This document shows positions 1 to 6,457 of a stretch of DNA of 11,320 nucleotides, in pieces (position 1 is the first letter of the stretch; every line of letters begins with the position of its first letter). Origin of the DNA: Planctomycetota bacterium (GTDB taxonomy: Bacteria; Planctomycetota; UBA11346); contig JBBQSO010000127.1 of NCBI GenBank assembly GCA_038213805.1, positions 1 through 11,320 of the forward strand, written 5' to 3'. The notes beneath the pieces are model-generated. The model worked only from the letters and a program-made list of their open reading frames with translations. It ran no database searches and was not told where the DNA came from. The position numbers were made by a program, and so were the translations under genes.

Positions 1-66
1 CCCGATGCGCGCCAGCGGCGCGCGGTCCCAGGAAAGGACCCTGCGTGCGAGCCGCGACTCCGCGCC

Positions 67-2994
67 CTACTCCCGCTTCGCCGCCACCTGCAGCTCATAA
101 AGCAGATCCTGCGCCTGCCGTGGCGTCAGCGTATCCAGATCCTGTGCCTTCAGGCGCTGCAACGTCGCGCTCTCGGCGGCGGCGAACAGCGTGAGCTGCA
201 CCGGCGCGGCGCGGCCGGGGGCCTCGGCGCCGCGCACCGCGGGGCGCTCGCGCTCGATCAGGCTGACGTTGAGCTGCTCGAGCGTGGCGAGGACCTCGCG
301 CGCGCGCGCGATCACCGGGCGCGGCACGCCGGCGAGGCGGGCGACGTGGATGCCGTAGCTCTTGGTCGCGGCGCCGGGCACGATGCGGTGCAGGAAGACC
401 ACGTCGTCATCCTGCTCGGCGACGCTGACGGTGAGGTTGCGGATGCCCGGGCGGTCGGCGGCGAGGTCGACCAGCTCGTGGTAGTGGGTGGCGAACAGGC
501 AGCGGCAGGCGACGCGGTCGTGCAGGTGTTCGGTGATCGCCCAGGCCAGGCTGACGCCGTCGAAGGTCGAGGTGCCGCGCCCGACTTCGTCGAGGATGAC
601 CAGGCTGCGTCTGGTGGCGTGGTTGAGGATCGCCGCGGTCTCGGCCATCTCGACCATGAAGGTCGAGAGGTTGCGCGCCAGCTCGTCGCCCGCGCCAACG
701 CGGGTGAAGACGCGGTCGACCAGGCCGACCCGCGCCGACTGCGCCGGCACGAAGCTGCCCGCCTGGGCCAGCACCACCGCCAGTGCGACCTGGCGGATGT
801 AGGTGGATTTTCCGGCCATGTTGGGGCCGGTGATCACGGCGAGACGGCCGGGTCCGGAAGTCCGGAGGTCCGGAGGTCCGGAAGTCGAAACGGTGGCCTG
901 ATCCGCGGCGGCCACCGCGGAATCCGCCGGGGTGGCGGCGTCGAGATGACAATCGTTCGCCACGAACGTGCCGCGCCCGACCACCTCCTCGACCACTGGG
1001 TGGCGCGCGCCGATCAGCTCCAGGGCCAGGCCGTCGTCGATGGCCGGGCGGCACCAGCCCTGCTTGCGCGCGACCTCGGCCAGCGCCGCCGCGACGTCGC
1101 AGCGCGCGAGCGCGTCGGCGCAGCGCTGCAGCACGGCCAGGCTGCGCTCGGCGCGCTCGCGCAGGCGTGTGAAGATCGCCAGTTCGGCGCTGCGGATGCG
1201 GTCCTCGGCGCCCAGCGCCTGGTCTTCGTACTCCTTCAGCTCGGGGGTGATGTAGCGCTCGGCACCGACCAGGGTCTGCTTGCGGATGAAGTGCGGTGGC
1301 ACCTTCTCGCCGTGGGCCTTGCTGATCTCGATATAGTAGCCGAAGACCTTGTTGTAGCCGACCTTCAGCTTGCTGAGACCGCAGCGCTCGGCTTCCTGCG
1401 CCTGGTAGCCGGCCAGCCATGTGCCGGTGTCGCGTTTGATGCCGCGCAGCTCGTCGAGGGCCGCGTCGACGCCGTCGCGCACCATGCCGCCGTCGCTGAT
1501 CGCCAGGGGCGGGTCGTCGACCAGGGTGGCGCGGATGTCGGCTTCCAGTGCGGGATCGGGGATGAGGTCGGTGCAGGCGGACTGCAGGAATCCGGGGATG
1601 GGAGCGTGCGGAGTGCGGAGTGCGGAGTGCGGAGTGACCGGCGGCACCGCGTCCATGCCGGGTACGACGGCCGGTGTGTGTGCAGCGGTCACTACTCCTT
1701 CCGCCGGAGATTCCGAGCGGCGGAGGCTGGACGCCGAACCCGACGTCAGGATGCCGCGCACCCTGGCGGCGGCCGACAGCGAGGTCGCGAGGTGGACGAG
1801 GTCGCGCGCATTGCAGCGTCCGGTGGCGACGCGCGCGAGCAACCGCTCCAGGTCGTAGACTTCGCTGAGCGCTTCGCGCAGATCAGCGCGCAGCGCGTCG
1901 CTTGCCACCAGCCACGCCACCGCGTCGTGGCGCTCGGCGATCGCCGGCAGACGCGCGAGCGGCCGCGACAGCCAGTCGGCGAGCAGGCGCGCGCCCGGTG
2001 CGGTGCGCGTGCGGTCGACGGCGGCGAGCAGCGTGCCGGCGCGGCCACCGTCGCGCGAATTGCGCAGCAGGTCGAGGTTGCGGCGACAGGTCGCGTCGAT
2101 GATCAGGTGCTCGGCGTGCTGCAGACGCACCAGGCCGCGCACGTGGCCGAGCACCGTGCCGCCGGGTTCACCCGCCTGCGCCGGCCGCGCCGCGCCTTCG
2201 GCGTAGCGCAGGGCGGCGGCCGCCGCCGCGGCGAGGTGATCGTCGCCCGGTCCCAGGCCGAAGCCGTCGAGGCTGGCGACGCGCAGGCGCGCGGCCAGGA
2301 AGCGCCGCGCATCGGCCGGCTTCCAGGCGTAGGCGGCCAGCCCGCTGATGGCTGGCAGCGGCACCGGCGCGCTCAACTCGGCGAGTCGGGCCAGCGCTGC
2401 GGGCTCGCCGCGCAGCTCCTCGGGCAGCAGCAGTTCGACTGGCTGGAGGCGCGCCAGGGCGAGGGCGAGCTGCGCCGGCGTGGCGGCCTCCTCGACGGTG
2501 AAGCGCCCGGTGCTGACGTCGAGCGCGGCGACACCGACCACGCCGTCCACGCCGGTGAGCGCGACCAGATGGTTGGCCACGCCGGCCTCCAGGCCGCTCT
2601 CGTCGATCAGCGTGCCGGCGGTGATCAAGCGCGTCAGTCCGCGTTTGACCAGACCCTTGGCCTCCTTCGGATCCTCGAGCTGGTCCATGATCGCCACGCG
2701 CTTGCCGGCGGCGAGCAGTTTGGGCAGGTGGCCGTGCAGGCTGTGGTGCGGCACGCCGGCCATGGCGATGGGCTGGTCGGCGTCCTTGTTACGGCTGGTC
2801 AGGGCCACGCCGGTGATGCGCGAGAGCTCGACCGCGTCGTCGAGGAAGGCCTCGTAGAAATCGCCCATGCGCATCAGCAGCACGCAGTCCGGCTGCGCCG
2901 CCTTGACCTCGAGATACTGGCGCATCATCGGCGTGTCGTGCGGGCCGGGGGCGCGGACGCTGGCGCGCGCCGGAATGGGCTGCGGGTCGTTCAT
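67..2994 (-). CDS. mutS: DNA mismatch repair protein MutS (MutS1), with two repeat-containing insertions
   Basis: N-terminal TPMMRQYLEVK...MRMGDFYEAF mismatch-binding motif; MAGVPHH; LKVGYNKVFGYYIE and RKQTLVGAERYITPELK clamp region; Walker A GPNMAGKST; STFMVEM; Walker B LVILDEVGRGTST; FATHYHEL; SYGIHVARLAG; C-terminal QLTLF clamp-binding-like motif. The start is uncertain: ATG at 2994, or at 3015 (preceded by GGAAGG). Confidence 0.98.
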   Translation of the reverse strand: MNDPQPIPARASVRAPGPHDTPMMRQYLEVKAAQPDCVLLMRMGDFYEAFLDDAVELSRITGVALTSRNKDADQPIAMAGVPHHSLHGHLPKLLAAGKRVAIMDQLEDPKEAKGLVKRGLTRLITAGTLIDESGLEAGVANHLVALTGVDGVVGVAALDVSTGRFTVEEAATPAQLALALARLQPVELLLPEELRGEPAALARLAELSAPVPLPAISGLAAYAWKPADARRFLAARLRVASLDGFGLGPGDDHLAAAAAAALRYAEGAARPAQAGEPGGTVLGHVRGLVRLQHAEHLIIDATCRRNLDLLRNSRDGGRAGTLLAAVDRTRTAPGARLLADWLSRPLARLPAIAERHDAVAWLVASDALRADLREALSEVYDLERLLARVATGRCNARDLVHLATSLSAAARVRGILTSGSASSLRRSESPAEGVVTAAHTPAVVPGMDAVPPVTPHSALRTPHAPIPGFLQSACTDLIPDPALEADIRATLVDDPPLAISDGGMVRDGVDAALDELRGIKRDTGTWLAGYQAQEAERCGLSKLKVGYNKVFGYYIEISKAHGEKVPPHFIRKQTLVGAERYITPELKEYEDQALGAEDRIRSAELAIFTRLRERAERSLAVLQRCADALARCDVAAALAEVARKQGWCRPAIDDGLALELIGARHPVVEEVVGRGTFVANDCHLDAATPADSAVAAADQATVSTSGPPDLRTSGPGRLAVITGPNMAGKSTYIRQVALAVVLAQAGSFVPAQSARVGLVDRVFTRVGAGDELARNLSTFMVEMAETAAILNHATRRSLVILDEVGRGTSTFDGVSLAWAITEHLHDRVACRCLFATHYHELVDLAADRPGIRNLTVSVAEQDDDVVFLHRIVPGAATKSYGIHVARLAGVPRPVIARAREVLATLEQLNVSLIERERPAVRGAEAPGRAAPVQLTLFAAAESATLQRLKAQDLDTLTPRQAQDLLYELQVAAKRE
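852..886. repeat. 8-nt tandem repeat (GTCCGGAR)x4 + GTC inside mutS
   Basis: GTCCGGAA GTCCGGAG GTCCGGAG GTCCGGAA GTC read directly. Each unit holds the palindrome TCCGGA. It encodes TSGPPDLRTSGP just before the Walker A strand. Confidence 0.9.
1606..1636. repeat. 7-nt perfect tandem repeat (GTGCGGA)x4 + GTG inside mutS
   Basis: Read directly; encodes HSALRTPH within a roughly 45-50 aa insertion in the MutS core/lever region. Confidence 0.92.
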
Positions 2995-3066
2995 GGGATC
3001 ACCGCCGTTTTGCATTCCGCCTTCCCGCAATTGCACTGGTGCATCTGGAATTTCAATCTGCTTATT

Positions 3067-3165
3067 GCTGATGGCTGATAGCTGATGGCTGATAGCGACA
3101 ACCGACTGCCATCAGCCAGCTGCCAGCTGCCATCAGCCATCAGCCATCAGCCATCAGCCATCAGC
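3067..3165. repeat. Inverted pair of heptamer tandem arrays (GCTGATR x4 ... CATCAGC/CAGCTGC x8) in the intergenic region upstream of mutS
   Basis: Left arm 3067-3094: GCTGATG GCTGATA GCTGATG GCTGATA. Right arm 3110-3165: CATCAGC CAGCTGC CAGCTGC then (CATCAGC)x5. CATCAGC is the reverse complement of GCTGATG, so the arms can form a long hairpin. Confidence 0.93.
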
Positions 3166-3177
3166 CGTCGCAATCCC

Positions 3178-4521
3178 TCACTTCCCCAGCAGTGCGATAT
3201 CGTCCACCACCACCAGCGGCACCGCCTTGCCGAGGTTGTGCAGCGACTGCTCAACCGGCTTGACCTCGCCGCGCACGCCAACGTTGCGCCAGAAGAATTC
3301 CGAAAGCTGGATCGGCGTGCCGGCCTTGACCGTGACGAAGGCGCAGACCAATCCGTCCTTGTCGATGATCACGTGATTGGCGCCGACCTGCGGGTAGGCG
3401 CGCTCCTCAAGCCAGCCGGTGGCGGCGAAGGCGCCAGGTGCGGTCGGCGCGGTGGCCGCCGCGGTCTTGAGGTCATCGCTGGCGACGTGCGCCACCGGCT
3501 GCTCCGGCTTCGGCGTCTCGACGACCACCGGCTTGGGCTGCTCTGGGGTCGGCTGTTCAGGCGTCGGCTTGGGTTGCTCCGGCTCGGTCGCGGGCTTGGG
3601 CTGCTCGGGGGCCGGCTTGGGCTGGTGGGCCACCGCATGCTCGTCTCCGCCCTGGGCCTTGGCGCGCGCCGCGGCGGCGTCGACCAGCTCTTCCGGAGTG
3701 GCGACGCGCGGCTCGCCCGGGACGTCGCGCACCGGCGTCAGGTGATTGACCTCCTGCACGGTCGCGACCGCGTGGATGACCTTGGCGAGGCGCTCTCGGA
3801 TGGCCTTGGCCTTGAGCTGGACGGCGACGCTGGGGTGGCCGTCGCCAACCGCGTCGAGAAGCCTTGCGAGCAGCGACCAGTCGAGGGTCGCGGCGAGGTC
3901 GAGGTTGCGGCGCAGCGCACCCTCGTACTGCGCGTCGAGCTGCTCGGCCACCTGCCACTGGGCATCCACCAGGGTCATCACCACGCCCTTGGCGACGGCG
4001 GCCTGGACGACTTCCTTGGGCAGATTGATGACGCTCTTGTGCACGTAGGCGACGGCGTTGGATGGGTAGACCGCGACCCAGGCGCCGACCACGCGGCCCT
4101 TGCCCTCGACGAGGTCGCCCTTGGCCAGCTCGGCGACGATGCTGGCCCCCTGCGTGGCGTCATCGCGGGCGCGGGCGCGGTCCTCAAGGACCAGGAAGGT
4201 CTTGCCGTCGGGTTGGGCCTGCAGCACCTTCTGATGCATCCACGCCGAGCCTTCACGCGGGAAGCGCACCACGTACCAGCCGGGCATGCCCTCGGCCGGG
4301 CCGAGCAGCTCGACCTCGCTGCCGGCATCGAGAATGCACGCGGCCTTGGCCTTGAGATTCGGCCCGAAGCGCACGGTGCCCTTCTTGGCCATGGTGGTCT
4401 TGAGCGGCGTGGGCGTAGCTGCCGCCGGGTCGCCGCCTTCGGCGGCCCAGGCGCCAGTGCCGCAAACCGGTGCGGCGACAAGGGCGCAGGCGAGGACCGC
4501 CAGGGGGAGCAGCTGACGCAT
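3178..4521 (-). CDS. Secreted/periplasmic protein with two SH3b-like domains, a helical region, a Pro/Glu/Gln/Lys-rich linker and a C-terminal beta-rich (OB-like) domain
   Basis: ATG at 4521 is preceded by GGAGG. Signal peptide MRQLLPLAVLACALVAAPVCGTGAWA-AE. SH3-like repeats VRFGPNLKAKAACILDAGSEVELLG...GWYVV and ARDDATQGASIVAELAKGDLVEGKG...WVAV. PEQPKP linker. 447 aa. Confidence 0.8.
   Translation of the reverse strand: MRQLLPLAVLACALVAAPVCGTGAWAAEGGDPAAATPTPLKTTMAKKGTVRFGPNLKAKAACILDAGSEVELLGPAEGMPGWYVVRFPREGSAWMHQKVLQAQPDGKTFLVLEDRARARDDATQGASIVAELAKGDLVEGKGRVVGAWVAVYPSNAVAYVHKSVINLPKEVVQAAVAKGVVMTLVDAQWQVAEQLDAQYEGALRRNLDLAATLDWSLLARLLDAVGDGHPSVAVQLKAKAIRERLAKVIHAVATVQEVNHLTPVRDVPGEPRVATPEELVDAAAARAKAQGGDEHAVAHQPKPAPEQPKPATEPEQPKPTPEQPTPEQPKPVVVETPKPEQPVAHVASDDLKTAAATAPTAPGAFAATGWLEERAYPQVGANHVIIDKDGLVCAFVTVKAGTPIQLSEFFWRNVGVRGEVKPVEQSLHNLGKAVPLVVVDDIALLGK
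3496..3624 (-). repeat. Coding imperfect PEQPKP repeats (flexible linker)
   Basis: QPKPAPEQPKPATEPEQPKPTPEQPTPEQPKPVVVETPKPEQP in the translated ORF. Confidence 0.75.
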
Positions 4522-4670
4522 GGGGGGTGACCTCCGGTCCGGAAGCCTAGATCGGGGAGGGGAAAAGCAAACTTCCCCCTGCGCATCCCGGTGCCCGGCG
4601 TCTGCGCCAGCCGCAGCGCGGCGTTGCGCGGGGCGGCTGCGGCATAGCATCCGCCGCCCGGAGCAATTGC

Positions 4671-5522
4671 ATGGTCCTTGACAGGCTGCGTCGCGGTTCC
4701 GCTGGGCGGGATCCCAAGAAGATCCCCGACGGCCTGTGGGTGAAGTGCCCGAGCTGCACTAAGACGGTGTTCAAGCGCCTGGTCGAGGAACGCCAGGACA
4801 CCTGCCCGGAGTGCAATCACCACTTCACCATGCTGGCGCACGCGCGCATCCAGCTGCTCATCGACGATGGCACGTGGTCCGAGTGGGACCCCGACCTCAC
4901 TAGCGGCGATCCCCTCGGCTTCGTCGACTCCAAGCCCTACACCGAGCGCATCGCGCAGTCGATGGCCAAGACCGGCCTCAAGGACGCGGTTATCACCGGC
5001 ACCGGCAGCCTGGCCGGCAGCGCCCTCGGCCTGGGGGTGATGGACTTCAGCTTCAACGGCGGCTCGATGGGCTCGGTAGTGGGCGAGAAGCTCACCCGCA
5101 TGATCGAACGCTCCACCGCCGCGCGCATGCCGGTGGTGATCGTCTCGACCTCGGGCGGCGCGCGCATGCAGGAAGGCGCGCTGTCGCTGATGCAGATGGC
5201 CAAGACCAGCGCCGCCCTGGCGCGCCACGCGGTCGCCCGCCTGCCTTACATCTCGGTGCTGACCAATCCGACCATGGCCGGGGTGATGGCCAGCTACGCC
5301 AGCCTGGGCGACGTCATCATCGCCGAGCCCAAGGCGCTGATCGGCTTCACCGGCCCGCGCGTGATCAAGGAGACCATCAAGCAGGAGCTGCCCGACGGCT
5401 TCCAGACCAGCGAGTTCCTGTTCCAGCACGGCCAGCTCGACCTGATCGTAGCGCGCCAGGACATGAAGGCCGAGCTCGGCCGCATCCTGCGCTACCTGAC
5501 GCCGCCCACACCGATCCACTGA
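4671..5522 (+). CDS. accD: Acetyl-CoA carboxylase carboxyltransferase beta subunit
   Basis: IPDGLWVKCPSC...CPECNHH zinc finger; GGSMGSVVGEK; SGGARMQEG; SLMQMAKTS; PTMAGVMASYA; AEPKALIGFTGPRVI; LPDGFQTSEFL. Confidence 0.98.
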   Translation: MVLDRLRRGSAGRDPKKIPDGLWVKCPSCTKTVFKRLVEERQDTCPECNHHFTMLAHARIQLLIDDGTWSEWDPDLTSGDPLGFVDSKPYTERIAQSMAKTGLKDAVITGTGSLAGSALGLGVMDFSFNGGSMGSVVGEKLTRMIERSTAARMPVVIVSTSGGARMQEGALSLMQMAKTSAALARHAVARLPYISVLTNPTMAGVMASYASLGDVIIAEPKALIGFTGPRVIKETIKQELPDGFQTSEFLFQHGQLDLIVARQDMKAELGRILRYLTPPTPIH

Positions 5523-6199
5523 TGCCCGCCGGCCACGCCGAGATCCGCGCGCTGTGGCGCCAGGCCCAGGCGGTGTGCTTCGATGTCGATTCGACGGTCA
5601 GCCCGGACGAGGGCATCGACGTGCTCGCCGCCCAGGCCGGCGTCGCCGACCAGGTCGCCGAGCTGACGCGCAGCGCGATGGGTGGCACGGTGCTGTTCCA
5701 GGACGCGCTCCGCCAGCGCCTCGCGCTGATCCGGCCCGGCCGCGACCTGGTCGCCGCGTGCCTGAAGGCCCATCCGCCGCGCCTGACCCCTGGAATCGGC
5801 GAGCTGGTCGACGCGCTGGTGCGGAGGGGCGTGGCCGTGCACCTGGTTTCGGGCGGCTTCACCCAGATGATCGCGCCGCTCGCCAAGCGCCTTGGCCTGC
5901 CCAAGGAGCGCGTCATCGCAAACGCCCTGCGCTTCGCGGCCGACGGCTCTTACGCCGGATTCGACGAGTCCTGCCCGACCGCGCGCAGCGGCGGCAAGGC
6001 AGTGGCTATCGCCGGTCTCAAGCAGCGCTTCGGCTACGCGCCGCTGATCATGGTCGGGGACGGCATCACCGATCTCGAGGCGCGCCCGCCCGCCGACGGC
6101 TTCATCGGCTACGGCGGCATCGTGGTGCGCGAAAAGGTCAAGGCGGGGGCGGACTGGTTCGTCACCGATTTCAAGGAATTGCGCGATGCGTTGGGGTGA
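5522..6199 (+). CDS. serB: Phosphoserine phosphatase, HAD family IB, eukaryotic PSPH-like type (SerB function)
   Basis: HAD motif I AVCFDVDST, EGID, AMGG cap, motif II VSGGF, motif III SGGK, motif IV MVGDGITDLEA. The start overlaps the accD stop (TGATG), indicating translational coupling. 225 aa with no ACT domains. Confidence 0.9.
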   Translation: MPAGHAEIRALWRQAQAVCFDVDSTVSPDEGIDVLAAQAGVADQVAELTRSAMGGTVLFQDALRQRLALIRPGRDLVAACLKAHPPRLTPGIGELVDALVRRGVAVHLVSGGFTQMIAPLAKRLGLPKERVIANALRFAADGSYAGFDESCPTARSGGKAVAIAGLKQRFGYAPLIMVGDGITDLEARPPADGFIGYGGIVVREKVKAGADWFVTDFKELRDALG

Positions 6200-6230
6200 T
6201 CGTGGGCCGTGGCTGCACATGACGATCCCG

Positions 6231-6430
6231 ACCGCCAAGGCGCCAAGGTTCGATTCGCGAAACCAGGAGGCCCTGCGGGAGGGTGAGCGCCAGTCCGCCG
6301 CGTCCTGAACGTGCGCGGCCGGCGCAGGCGGAACCGATAATCGCCGCTCCGACTTCAGCGCTCCGCTCACGGGAGCGCTGGTTTTCCCCGCGCTTTTCCT
6401 GCGCTCCTGGCGCCTTGGAGTGCTGGCGGT
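6231..6430. repeat. ~200-bp element bounded by imperfect inverted repeats (REP/MITE-like) between convergent genes
   Basis: Left end ACCGCCAAGGCGCCAAGG; right end read inward ACCGCCAGCACTCCAAGGCGCCAGGAG. Both share the terminal ACCGCCA and CCAAGGCGCCARG. No target-site duplication is evident. Confidence 0.55.
6356..6385 (+). terminator. Candidate intrinsic terminator for accD-serB
   Basis: CAGCGCTCC-gctcacg-GGAGCGCTG 9-bp stem followed by GTTTT. Confidence 0.45.
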
Positions 6431-6457
6431 AAGAAGCCATGGTGGATGAATGCCCCG

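Noticed and set aside
847..1745. Inteins in MutS
   Set aside because: The insertions are far too short and lack intein terminal motifs.
346..3078. 910-aa plus-strand ORF
   Set aside because: Antisense shadow of mutS, typical of high-GC codon usage; no recognisable motifs.
3067..3165. CRISPR array
   Set aside because: Units are 7 nt with no unique spacers, and no cas genes are present.
3085..5519. Long ORFs 3085-4530 (+) and 3978-5519 (-)
   Set aside because: Antisense shadows of the SH3 gene and accD; the first begins inside the heptamer repeat.
6246..6260. tRNA fragment (GGTTCGATTC T-loop-like)
   Set aside because: The flanks do not form a 5-bp T stem, and there is no cloverleaf or acceptor stem.
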